DNA from: Isurus oxyrinchus
Lineage: Eukaryota
Assembly (NCBI GenBank): GCA_026770705.1
Contig: JANJGN010000076.1
Location: 2,170,001 to 2,234,000, forward strand
Direction: 5' to 3'
DNA length: 64,000 nucleotides
Below are positions 1 through 12,099 of the stretch, in pieces (position 1 is the stretch's first letter; the number at the start of each line of letters is the position of its first letter). The notes below the pieces were generated by a model. That model was not told the DNA's origin, searched no databases, and saw only the letters and a program-made list of their open reading frames with translations. The position numbers and the translations under genes are program-made.

Positions 1-394
1 CCCCAACTGATCACATAAGTGATAACACCCAGACCCTGCAATTAGTAGCCATAAGTACCTGTCGTTAAAATAACCGTTTTGAACTAGTAATTTTCCTGCG
101 TTATCCAATAATAGGTCATATGAAATTGATCCAAAACACACTGGCACTGAATCTTTAAAAATACAATGTACTGATTCGGACAGCATGTGGAATGTAAAGC
201 AAGAACGGCTGTGGTGTTAGTAACAGACAAAGATTACTGAGAGCCACTAATATAATAATAGGCATGCATGAAAATTTAATTCGAAACTAAGCCAAAAGCT
301 TCAGGAAGATACAACAGAATATATGTGCAAAAGATAATGGGGCGTCCTGGATTAATATGCATATTAAAACATTTCCTCGGATACATCCCTCTAG

Positions 395-522
395 ATTCCA
401 CGGGCCGCATCTGGATTAAAGACTCTGAGGACAATAACGGGAACATCTGGACAACTACTTCTACATTCATCACCCTGTTCTTCTTGAACATTTTCTATGG
501 CGCTACCGTCACTCTGGTGATG
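395..522 (+). CDS. Ig heavy-chain membrane exon TM1, copy 1 (IgM/IgW-like; possibly pseudogene)
   Basis: TAG acceptor at 392-394. Phase-1 exon (D)STGRIWIKDSEDNNGNIWTTTSTFITLFFLNIFYGATVTLVM has an acidic spacer plus the IgH TM pattern WTT.STFI.LF.LS.FYS..VTL. Donor GTGAGA at 523. Confidence 0.88.
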
Positions 523-662
523 GTGAGAAGATTCAATCCACTCACACATCAATATGACAGGAGCGGTTTGAAAAATCTCCAAATATTTCACTGATTGAAA
601 ACTCCAACATAAATGTCCCAGGTCATTAATATCTGCTGCATTATTTTCTCCCTCTTTTACAG

Positions 663-671
663 TTTAAGTGA
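663..671 (+). CDS. Ig heavy-chain TM2 exon, copy 1 (FK*)
   Basis: Pyrimidine tract + TACAG acceptor, then TTT AAG TGA, matching the canonical 2-codon VK* TM2 exon. Same position as in copy 2. Confidence 0.8.
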   Translation, partial: FK

Positions 672-1111
672 TCGGTTGATTTTCGGACCTCCTTGGCTGT
701 TCCTCAGTTGTTTATTGAGATCTCTGTATTGTGACTTTAAAATATGTTCTCCTGGTGACGCTAACAGTGAAATGTCTTCATTCTATGATTCTGAATCTGT
801 AACTGAGGCATTCGTGGACAGTATTTCCGCCTTTCTGTCTGAAATGCGCGAGATAATTATTATTTTAAAATAACTGTCGCTTATAATTTCACTATAGCTT
901 GAATTGCATTTGTAAATATGTCTTTTCTTTCGCTGTTGTCCCCTTCCCTTTATGCTAAATTTCTGTTTTCTCTTTCTGGCCTATGTTACACTTCTACTTA
1001 CAGTTCGCAGCTCAGAGCACATGGGGTTGTCTCAATGTGACGCTCAAACGATACATTCACTTTTGTGACCTTTAGATGAACCATTTCAACAAAACATGCT
1101 CTGAAATTGTT

Positions 1112-1117
1112 AATAAA
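1112..1117 (+). terminator. Putative poly(A) signal of the membrane-form IgH transcript, copy 1
   Basis: AATAAA, conserved at the aligned position in copy 2 (41630-41635). Confidence 0.55.
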
Positions 1118-3504
1118 TCTTGAATGATAATTGCACCAAGTATGACTTTGCTGAATTCATTTCTCCTCGCTTCATCAACATGGCTGCATTTTCCCTATTT
1201 CACGTTTTCCTCCTTTCCCGACTTGTATTAATCACGATTCCTGTCTGCAAAGTGTTTGAACTCGAGGCCCTTCAGTCAAAGAACGATTCACCACACAACG
1301 CCCCACCCGTGTAAAGAAATGTTTACCCCTTCCCTTTTATGGTAAAAACCAGAAGCAGAATGATGGAATGGCGAAGAGCAGCTCAGTGACGTCTCTGATC
1401 TGTCACAGTCAGCGTCGGGTCGTTCTAAATAATAAAGGCACTCTTCCTCAGAGGTTAATGCAGCACAATGTTTGAGGAAGAATACGTTCTTTACATATCA
1501 CATAAAATATTCCCAGGCCTCTACAGCTCTGGTTAGGCGCGGAGTAAAGTGCCCCCCCCCCTCCACGCCACCACCGCCCCCCCCCCCCCCCCCTCACCCC
1601 CACCCCCCCCCGCACTGTCCGGCTAAACACTTACACAGCAGAGCAGTTGCAGAGCCGATGTATAACACTGATATTGCCGTTGGCACAACCATAGGCTAAT
1701 TCCTAGAGGCCGGGAAATATATGGCACATAAACACCATCGAGACAAAATCTTGTCGGCCTTCTTATGCTGAACCGGGCAAAAAACATGAGAACGATTCCG
1801 AGAGATTGGGACCAATGCAGATCTGATATAGACATACTATTGAACAGAAATTCTACAAGCTTTCGCTAGAATTTGTCTTCCCTCAGGCTTGAGAGGGAGC
1901 AGAACCCGTTGGACATTGGGGCCTCGATGACACAAAAAGGAAATCAGCCTAAACAAAGTGATGTGGTCCAAAAACCGGGGCCTGTCTAATACACAAACCC
2001 TAATGCCTTCTCTGGCACTTTTAGTTTCTTTGATCTGGGAGCTGCATGACTGCTTGAACCCCTTATGAAGACAACTGCAGATAGTATGTCCACACCATGA
2101 AAAGCTGCCTATTCTTTAAGGATTTCACACTGGCAGATCTGGCCTCTTTATGCAGACATGGACTATCCAGTGAATTGTAATTATTGTTTACCCACTACAC
2201 AAATCCATGCTTCCCCACATCAATTATTATTACTAAAACTAAAAGAAAACACGAGTTACCAGATTGGCTAGTCACAACACTTGATATCATGCGAATTGTC
2301 AAAACTAGCATGAATTACGTCTTGATTGAAAGAATGAAACGAGGGCTGAGAGTTAAAATTTCGCATCAGGTTTTGGAAAATTCACGTGTCCACTGGTCGA
2401 GAACAGCTATAGAGGCGGAGATTAGAAGTGAAGGAAAGGGGTGAGATGGGCTGTGCTAATGCACAATGCACAAAATGTTAACTGACTAAAGATGGTGGTG
2501 TATGGCTGAATATGGGTTGCAATGGGACAGATGTTTCTGCTTGCTGTTAACACAGATACACACCTTACTCCTGATCATCCGATCACAACTGACCTTTGAA
2601 AGCAGTACTCCAGGCCGGAGTTCTTTCTTCGCTGCAACCAATGGTGCAACTCCGCCAGGTTTACAATTCATTTGTGTTGCAAAGTGGGGAGTGCCTAATT
2701 TCAAAATGAGAATACAAATATTACAACTTTGATTTTAAACATTGAATCATGGAACAAATACTGAGTATATTTATTTGAATTTGCATGGTATTACTAATGA
2801 TTGAGTAAAAGTATTTATACATTTGGATATTTGCTGGACATAGCTTCTAACATCCTGAAATTCATTACAAGCTGAGGCACCAGGCGGAAACAAACAGTTG
2901 TCCTGCTGTAATAACTGGCATGGCGCCTGAGTCTAAATATTAAAACCTTCCAAGCATTCTGGTAGATCAGTGCCGGCCTGCTTCTAGACCAATGTTTATC
3001 ATTTCTAATGTTCCGTTCCCAGAACTATACAAGTAATCCAGCATGTAATCGAACCAGGGATTTGTATAGCTGTAGCAAAGCGTTTCTCCTTTTCTGTTAC
3101 AGCCTCAGTTCACGGTACAGTAAATAGACTTACATTGTGCATATCCATTCAGAGTAATGAAAACCCTCTTGATCAGAAAAAAACGACTTTTGGCTCTTTG
3201 GTATGAATTCAATTGCACAAGTAAACACTGCATATGTCGAAAACTGTATAAGAATCACAAGCCCAACTCTTCGTGTCTTTCCATCAGGAAAGTTTGTTTA
3301 TTCAGGCAATCTGCGAACACTCCGCAGAAAATCCTTCAAATTACTTGCAAGAGGATATGGAGCCCAACACATATGGTCATTCAACGTAAATGACCAAAGC
3401 ATCATTTACTCCGTCAATGTTAGAGTCTGATATCAATACTTCGTCACAATTAGGCACAATATCAGTTAAAATGTCAAAGGGTAAAGTGATGCTTCTGTAA
3501 CAGT

Positions 3505-4175
3505 TTTTTTTATTCATTCATGGATGTGGGTGTCCCAGGTCCAGTCAGTATTTAATGCCCACCCGTAATTGCCCTTGAGAACATGGTGTTAATGAGCTGC
3601 TTTCTTGAACTGCTGTGGTCCATGTAGTGTTGGTACAGCTACGTTTCTGTCAGGGAGGGAGTTCCAGGATATTGACCCAGGGACATTGAAGGAACAGCGA
3701 CATATTTCCAAGTCAATATGATGAGTGACTTGGAGGGGAAATTCCAGTTGTTGGAGTTCCCATATATCTGCTGCCCTTGTCATTCAAGAAGGTAGTGGCC
3801 GGAAGTTTGGAAGGTGCTGACTAAGGTGAATTCCTGCATTGCAACTTGTAGATGGCAAATAGTGCTGCCACTGTGCACCGGTGGTGGAGGGAGTGAATAT
3901 TTGTGGATGGGGGGTGGGGGGGGGGGGGGGGGGGGTCAATCCCACGGGTTGCTTTGTCCTGGATGGTGTCAAGCTTCGTGAGCGTTGTTGCAACAGCACT
4001 CATCCAGGCAAGTGGGAAGTACTTAATTCCACTTTTGACTTGCACCTAGTAGGTGGTGGGCAGGCTTTGGGGAATCAGGAGGTAAGTTAATCGACGCAGG
4101 ATGCCTAGCCTCTTACCTGCTCTTGTAGCCACAGTGTTTAGATGGCTAGCCCAGTTCAGTTTCTAGTCAATGGAT
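3505..4175 (-). mobile_element. 3' fragment of L2/CR1-group LINE (family 2)
   Basis: Reverse complement of the 3' part of the RT-bearing copy at 48313-49540. Minus ORF SPLAWMSA..TTL.KLDTIQDKA matches it. Confidence 0.85.
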
Positions 4176-5330
4176 GTGTCAGGGGAAGAGTAGATCAGGA
4201 TTCGAAAAGCCGGCGTGAGGTAGGATGCTTTGAACTGACAGAATGTGTAAGGTGTTGTGAACAGTTGAAGTAGTGTAACTTTTGTCAGGAGTAGGTTTCG
4301 TCGGCAGTTGAGGAATGGTCGGGCTTGTAGTCCAGTTCAAGTGGGGCAGGATAGCTCGGGGCAGAAATGGTCGGGCGTGTTGGCTGGTTCAGGATGTCTG
4401 TTGGGTCGGGGAGGTAGAGTGGGTAGTATAGGTCGAGTGGGTTAGAATAGTCTAGACTGTAGGATAGTTCTTGGAGGCAGGATGGATTGAGGGGGTTAGG
4501 TTGGGCTTGGAGAATTGGGTGCTTCAGGGTAGGATACTTGGAGTGCTGTATGATGGGGTGGAGGTAGGACGGGGTGAGTGGGGTTGGGTCTGCCAGTCTG
4601 GATGGATGGATCAGGGGTAGAATGGTGGAGTATGGTAGGATGATTCAGTGATGTAATCTGTGGCTGGCTGGTTGGATGAGTTGAGTGGGGCAGTATGGGT
4701 CAGGGGCATAGGATGGTCCCGGGTTTAGGGTAGGTGGAATGGGAGAGGAAGGGTAGGGTGGTAGCATCGTTCAGGGGAATAGGATACGTTGGGATTAGGA
4801 TAGGTGGAGTAGGTAGGATGGGTCGGAGGGGGTAGAATTAGTCCAGGGGTATTTTGTTTCTGCGGGTGTCAGTCGAGGCATGGGTGAGACGATTTGTGGA
4901 GGGAATAATAATCGGGTGGTATTTTTTTTATTCGGGTTACTCAGGGGGATAGTGTTGTAGTCCGGGGTAGGAAGGTAGTCGGGCTGTCAGGAGGATAATC
5001 AGGGCAACCGAGTGAGGAATGGTGGAGGGGAATATTGGGGGTCAAGTGGGGAATCGGAAAGTAGGAAATTATTTCAAATCCCCTAACTTTTCCTGGATAC
5101 CTATTCTGCTAAGAGTGGTGGAGCTACATATGTTCTGCAATTTAAATTTGATTTCCAGATGATTCCAAGGCATCCAGGATAATTTCCCATCGGAAGTTTG
5201 AAGTTCCTGTGCAATATCTGTGTAATGTTTACATGAGAAATTCCTGTGGGGGCCCCGGGTGCATCTTCTGGGGCACTCCCCGTGCACAACCCCTCCCACG
5301 CCCACGTACCGAATTCGGAAGTTCAGTGCG
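4175..5330. repeat. G-rich degenerate repeat (GGTAGGATGGTCGGGG-like) plus conserved tail; unclassified interspersed family
   Basis: Strong G-over-C skew over 4175-5060. The tail (CCCATCGGAAGTTTGAAGTTCCTG) recurs at ~50290, also after a G-rich tract (49870-50130). Confidence 0.55.
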
Positions 5331-5610
5331 AATGACAATGGTTCCCTGAATATAGTTTGCTCTGACCCTAAATACAATGCTCTCTGCCGTGTAAATGGAA
5401 TGATCTCTGTCCCCTAATACAATTTTCACTGTCCCCTAAAACAATGACCACTGTACCATAACCATAATGATCACTGGCTGCTAAATACAACCTTTAAATG
5501 TCCCCTAACTACTATGATCATCTTCTCCTAAATTCAATCATTAATGTCCCCTGAATGCAATATTCACTGTCCCCTAAAAATAATGTTGATTCACCCATAA
5601 ATTGAACAAT
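5330..5610. repeat. Degenerate minisatellite, ~22-23 bp unit (CTGTCCCCTAAATACAATGATCA)
   Basis: About a dozen visible imperfect copies. Confidence 0.8.
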
Positions 5611-7064
5611 GCGCTCTCTGCAGGGAACATTTGTCAGAGCTCCGCAAGGGATTATTTAGAAGTTTACTACAAAAGCATCATATTACCGCTGCTTTAAATG
5701 TTATTTATAGATAATTATTTTAAAATAGACTCGGCACAGTCACAGGGCCCTGTGAATTGTACCCATTTCGGTGAGTATGTTTTTGTCAAGGAGCTGGTGA
5801 AGCGATTGATAACTTCCAGCGTTTTTTCTTTTTGTTTCTTTATGAGATTTTCAGATGTTACATAGTTGCCTTTGAATTACTTTCATCTTTTTCAGCTTGT
5901 GATTTCTGGCTCTAATGGCTTAATTACAGTATCACTTTTTACAACCAACGCTTTGTTCAAATACCTTAAGTGTAAAAATTAAAGTAATCAGGGATTCAAG
6001 CACATCATTAAACCGAGATGAGATACGGACCAAGGTGTGGCTTAAAACAGAGCAATTCTATTTCATTGATTTATTAACCTATGTTTGCTTTTCTACATAT
6101 AATTCCCAATCCCTGTTTTGTAGACTCCAGCCGATCATAGAAAACACACAAATTTAAATCATGAAGTCTTCTTAATTTCACAAAGTTCAAATGAACATGT
6201 AATTAAGAAAATACTTTGAACTGGAAGTCGATCTGTAAATTTACTAAGCTAGATATCGGGCATTGTTGTTTACGTGTCATCTCAGAGGTGAAACATAATT
6301 GTTTCATGTAACTGCTAACCAGATCTCCACTTTAATAGCAATTTCTCAAAATGCACAAATCCAACCAAGAGCATATTTTCTTTTTATTTTTAGTTTCAGC
6401 TTCTTGTTCCGTCGCCAGAACTCTCCTTTTTAAAAAATTCTTATGTATTTGTAACAAAGTGTGACATATGTTTTGTGATGGGTGTCCTGCAGCATAAGTG
6501 CATCGGCTCCATGACTAACTGCAAATATGCAAACGGAAATGATAGGTTGTTTGATAGTGACAGAGAAACTACCCAATCAATATGGACATTCATGTTGAGT
6601 GGAAAGTTTCGGCTCTTTTAAAGATAACAAGTTTATTTAAGGTCAGGAGATCTAATTGTTCTAAATAAACATCAAAGAGGTATTTGAACTTAATCATTAT
6701 TTTATTGTCATTGGGCCAGTTTGGTGCAGGTCAGTTTTTAGTTGTGGACAAAAACGCCCAACACTTTAAGATTTTTTTTTTCGCAGTATGGCCGAACCTA
6801 ACTCTGAATGGTGATAGAAACCTGGAATATTGGCTGAACGGTACGATTCGAAATATGATTATGTCAGCCTGCTGCCTGAAGGCTCTCTGGGGCAGATCTC
6901 ATGCATCCACATGTGTGTGAAGAAGACTTTACAGGATTGACAGAGCTGACTGTCTTTTTGTTGTTTCTGGTGCTTAGCTCGATGCCGGGTGTTCCATCGG
7001 TTCTATTTTCAAACATTTTCTCCCGCTTGCTAGACCAGTTAAGGGGGAAGTTGTCACTCCACTG

Positions 7065-7340
7065 CATCTCCCTGGGCGTAGCGTCACATAGAGGCCAAAC
7101 TTGGGAAAGACAACTGAATTCCTTCACGAAAGTAAATGAATGAAACGGATTGTGCTAATTCATGAGAATGCTGTAGTTTCATGGTCATCATTCATAATTG
7201 CTCCTTTTTAATTTTCAGTTTACTTTCGCAAACTGAATTTATGTTCATCAGTTGACGTGGTGGGATGTAAACTTTCGTCCCTGAATCACTAACCTTGCCT
7301 TCAGATTTACTAGTCCATGAACATGACCACTATTCCAACA
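7065..7340 (-). mobile_element. Degenerate SINE
   Basis: Similar to the better-preserved copies at 34000-34355 and 61180-61555. Confidence 0.55.
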
Positions 7341-9287
7341 TACACCAAGGCACTTGTCTACCAACGAGATATAGAGACTAGGATTCAATTGAAAATATCA
7401 AAACTGAGATTGATAGGATTTGGTACCAACTGCTTTAAACTAAGGTGTCCAAATGGAGACATTCTGCATATTATCAATGCACTAATTGAAAGACAGGGAA
7501 GACTCCAGGACCAGAATATCTTTCTCCATTTGCTATGGGTCAACAACTTCGGGATAGGATCCCAAATTGCACTGGTAAATGCATAACTGAAACCAGAAAC
7601 CAGCTATAGTCAGCTATTTCTGCAAAGCAGAGAGAAGGGAACAAGGAAGCGTAGAACAGAACCAAGCAGATTGGAAAAATGGTCGCCAGTATGGTAAGTG
7701 TGACTATAATTCAATAGTCAGTGTGACAGCAAAAAGAATGTGATGCACACTGGACAGAGAGTGCTCCAATGCAATGGATGTGGACAAAGGTTTAACTAGT
7801 TAGCACAGCATGAATAAATAAACGTATCGCACCATACACAGTGGGGAGAGGTCTTGCACGTTTTCAATGACTGGACGAAGTTTCAACTAATCATCCAACC
7901 TCAGTAGCACAACGATGTGGGATACTGCGAAACATTGCAAATGAGGACACTATAGGACGGGACTCGCTTCCTCAGCCTGACTGCAAATTTATCGAGATAC
8001 TCCCACTGAGAAGAAGTCGTTCACATGCTGCATGGAGTAGGGAAGATGTTAACAGTTGTTTCTTCTTCTTGCAGTCCGTTATGTTCAGGAGGTAGACGTA
8101 GGAAAAACCTTTCAAATGATATGTAGTTGGCGAGTGAGTCAGTCGTGCATTTCAATTGCTGACAGATGAGTGAAATTTCAAGTAGCAGCAGAATTTCAAT
8201 TATGTTCTTACTAATGATTTTAATCACATCTGGGGTTATTTAATAATCTGGACAAAGGGCATATAAAGCGAAGGCTAATGGATCAGTTTCCGTCTGACAT
8301 TGAAAGACCTATCGAGGTATAACAAATAATTACTTCCTTACTCATGATCTTCCGCTGGCAACAGTGACAAATATTGAGACCTGTGCCGCATTTTGCATTT
8401 GGGGAGCAGGAGAACTGCCATACCCCAAGCGCATGTGCAGTACTCGCCCGAGATTGGGACAATGATCTGTTGCAATGAGTAGCCAATAACTTCTCTGGCG
8501 TGACATTTTGTGGCTATCAGGATGGCAAGGAATGTGTTTGTGCATGGTCAGTGGGGAGCGGCAGTACTGTAAAATGTGGCGAGTCATTCAAAAGCTCATT
8601 GGCTTTGGCAGAACCAAAAAATCTCGCCGCCGAGAGGGGCCATAAAATTCTGAATTTGCCATTACATTTGATGAGTTATTTTTAATAATTCTGTTGTTCA
8701 CGATTGATGCCCGTTGAAAATAAGACACTGTTGTTAGACTCGATTTATGCTGTTTGATAACACTGGAAATGTCATCATAATTGTCCGATTGAAAGTGTAG
8801 AAGGCGAATTACTGTTGTTCATTTTTTCCTGCCCCTTATTCCTATGTTTAATGACAAGGGATAGCGAGTGTGAAGCGGTGACTAGTGAGTTGAGAACAAC
8901 GCATGGGAGCAGCATTTGTTACCATTTCAGAACGCCTTTTACCTATAAGGGGTAAACTACACAAAGCAATAACATTGAGGTTCCTACCTTAAATTGTTAA
9001 AATTTTGGTATCCAATATCAGATCTAAGCCGGACTCTCTGTCTCCCACATGGATTTCCAAGGCCCTGGGGGCTGGTAGGGATGTACCAGGCCCCTGCTAG
9101 CACGAGGAAGACAACTAAAAACTAACGGGGAGCAGGCAACGTTCTTTATACATTGTTAAATTCACACGGAGGAAAAGGGACTCAAAGAAAATGACACTGC
9201 TTCCGGGAGACAAAACTTTTGTGTGAGATAAACAAAAGCAGCAATGGATGGAACACACATTATGACTCATGTTGAATTTTATTGTTA

Positions 9288-10198
9288 TCATCTTTTAAAT
9301 AATTTAACAAGCAGGTTCAATGGGATTTTCACACCATTCTTTAACTCTACTCTGAATTTACTCTGGGTCCCTGCATAAATAAACGGATTGACGCAAGAAC
9401 TCAGGAGCTGAAGCATACGTGCACTTTCCTCCATAAGAAAATTTGATTCATTGAAATTGGTAGAGTCTACATAGCTAAGATTCGCAATTCGGACATAGAG
9501 GAAGTTTATAAGTCTTAACAAATATAACAGGATGAAACTGCCCGAGATACAGAAGAGCAAAACCATGGACTTCCTTCTCTTCTGCATCTCTGGGTCACTT
9601 TGATTCTCTCCATTGCTCTGGATCCGGAGTCTCCTGCGGGCTCGACTGGCCGTTACAATGTGTCTGATTGTCAGAGCATTGAGCATTAAAATAAGGAAGA
9701 AGGAGAGGCAAAGGGTTAAAACGGCGATTATGCTTTCATAAGCGACCCATTCAGGTGCCGTATAAAATATTGATTTTGAGTTGCATTGCCAGGGTATATT
9801 GTCAATGATAAAGGCAGGCTCACACATAAAATACAAGGGGATTCTTTTAACGCAGTTAAGTACAGAGACAGTTGCTATCACCGCAGCCGCCATTTTCTCA
9901 GTGCAATATTTAATTTTCAGCTTCTGGCAGCAAATGGCTACAAATCGGTCAAAGGTGAAAGCCATTGTTACCCAGACAGAACAATCGCTGACTCCATAAT
10001 TTAGCACAAGTCTGAGGCTGAAGACCGGAGTGATGGCCAGGAGACTGAACAGGAAATAAATACCTATAATCCAGTTTAATATCACAACTGTGATCCCGAC
10101 AAGAAGATACATCACGGCCATGGACATCAAGTAGTAAGTGATACATTTGGAGAGACCGCATCTTCCTCGAGTCAGTATCACAATCACGACCAGATTAG
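9288..10198 (-). CDS. GPR139-like class A GPCR gene A, exon 2 (7TM body)
   Basis: Open frame ANLVVIVILTRGRCGLSKC...AFTFDRFVAICCQKLK...SSCVNPFIYAGTQSKFR. CAG acceptor at 10199-10201. D2.50 is replaced by Y. Confidence 0.9.
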
Positions 10199-11443
10199 CT
10201 GTGACAGCGAAACGCAGCCAGCGAATAGCCAATTTTGAGAAAGAAATTTAGAACATAAAATGTTGGAAATTCTCAGTCAGGCAGCAGTTGAAAAGAGAGG
10301 AACAAGTTAGCATGTCAGAAAGATGATCTGGAGGAAAATATCTTAAAACACAGCAATCTGTTCTGTACTGTCAGCAACACTAAGGGCTAACTCAAGGTGA
10401 ACATTGAACGTCCTGCATTGTGACCCTGAAATACAATCAATGTTGTTCTCATTCAACGTTTAGAGACGGGAAAATATAAGAATACTCTGAAACATTGGAA
10501 AATCGAAGATTAACAAATACATTATAGAACTTGAAAAAAGTTCAGCGAAAAAAAAAAGCCACTACTTAACTGAAAAGAAGATGAAGGAGATGTGATGCAT
10601 CTGAGCTGTAACAATTCGAAGTTAAAGGAACAAGGCTTCACAGCCACGAGTAGAGCTGATCATGCTTACTATGGCTCAGTTTACAGCAATCTCACTTTTG
10701 AGTCAAAAGGTTTAGCATTCAAGCCCAACTGTTGGACTTCAGCAACGTTGCACTGCCCGATATGCTATATTTCAGCTAAAGCAAAAGACTGAGGACCGGT
10801 CATGAATACAAAATCTTACTTAAGAAATAGCTGTTATTCACATTCCAGCACAAGGAGAAATATATGCACACGGCAAAGTGAGGTAATTCAACAGCTGTGT
10901 CAATAACACCATAGAGCTACATTTACAGCATGATAAATCATCCATGGTGACAGTGTCAATAATACAATTGATTTACATTGCACTGTGATATTAGTGTGCT
11001 TAATACTTCGCCCACGTTAATAATGACAATAACAACATCAAATTACGTTTAGACTGAGAGGCAGCACTGCTAAGTTGGGAGAAAAGTTTTAGTTAAAGAG
11101 ATGGAACGGCATTGGCGAAGCAAACATAGTAATCCCTGAAATGGAAGTAAGTATAGTGGCAATGGGAAGAAACTGTTCTCGTGAAGGGGAGAAATTGTAG
11201 CCTTAAAGTGGAGAAAAGAGACCAGTAATGACCAGCAATATTGCAAGGAAAGGGAAGGTTTAATCTCATTTAAAAGAAGAATGCACTAAACGTGGAGATA
11301 AGGATACTGCAAAAAAGGGAAAACATAAAAAAACAAATTATCCTGTTAATGGGGTGAACCATAGAGAAGCAGTACAGCTAAATTAAAGAAGTGATAGAGT
11401 GAAAAATGATTCTGGTAACTGGTAACTAACCGTAATACTTTAT

Positions 11444-11513
11444 CTGGAATACCGATAGCTGCAAGAACGGGATAGTAAATGGCGAACACCAGACCTTTTG
11501 GTATCCCATGCAT
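11444..11513 (-). CDS. GPR139-like gene A, exon 1 (MHGIPKGLVFAIYYPVLAAIGIP); donor mutated GT>AT
   Basis: 70-nt phase-1 exon homologous to gene B exon 1. The intron begins ATAAAGTATT versus GTTAAGTATT in gene B. Confidence 0.85.
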
Positions 11514-11564
11514 TTCTCTCATAAGCTCCAAGTGCGCTCTGTGCTACACCGAAAGACTTTTAGA

Positions 11565-11626
11565 TTTATACATGATGTCGGATTCTAGGGAGACAATGAG
11601 AAGGTTTGGCTTTTTACATTAATTAC
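11565..11626 (-). promoter_or_regulatory. Gene A core promoter (GTAATTAATG ... TATAAA)
   Basis: TATAAA at 11570-11565 with TAATTA 55 bp upstream. Same spacing in genes B and C. Confidence 0.65.
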
Positions 11627-11836
11627 ACTAACTGAAAAAAACATTTTAGTGCAGCTGCTGCCACGCTCGCATTTATATTTTTGATGGAATTGAATCTGTT
11701 TTCAAGGACACTGGCGCGGCTCCAAATTGAAATAATCAGACAGGAGAGTACAGTCCAAGTTGCATTTTTTCCTAAAATTTAACTAACAAGCCAAATAAGC
11801 CATTGTAATTGTGAAAGTGAGCACTGTGCACGAGCA

Positions 11837-11955
11837 TCCATGGCTTTAAACTCTGCAGGAAAACATTACGAAATTCTCACTCTTGATCATTTTTCGTCCA
11901 CGTCTTTAAACTCCGCAGGAAAACATTACAAAGTTCTCACTCTTGATCATTTTTC
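11837..11955. repeat. Two-copy 60-bp tandem duplication
   Basis: CTTTAAACTCYGCAGGAAAACATTACRAARTTCTCACTCTTGATCATTTTTC repeated with an exact 60-nt period. Confidence 0.9.
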
Positions 11956-12099
11956 AGCCCGTGTGAACACGGATCACGTGTAACGTGGCTCCCTTTCCCT
12001 TCTGGAATGCGTAACCAATCAGTAGCCATCCATCATTAGCCTCTCTGCCTGCTTGGACGTCAACTCACGACGAAAAGTGTCTCAATTAACTTTGTAAAT

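Noticed and set aside
1552-1611. Proline- and glycine-rich ORFs
   Set aside because: They arise from poly-C/poly-G runs (also at 3908-3935, 42216-42242 and ~58330-58410), with no gene context.
1640-2100. Possible RTE LINE relic on the minus strand
   Set aside because: Only faint motif echoes; too degraded to support by eye.
5330-5610. CRISPR-like appearance of the periodic repeats (also 13.6 kb and 53 kb)
   Set aside because: Vertebrate DNA, contiguous degenerate units with no unique spacers, and no cas genes.
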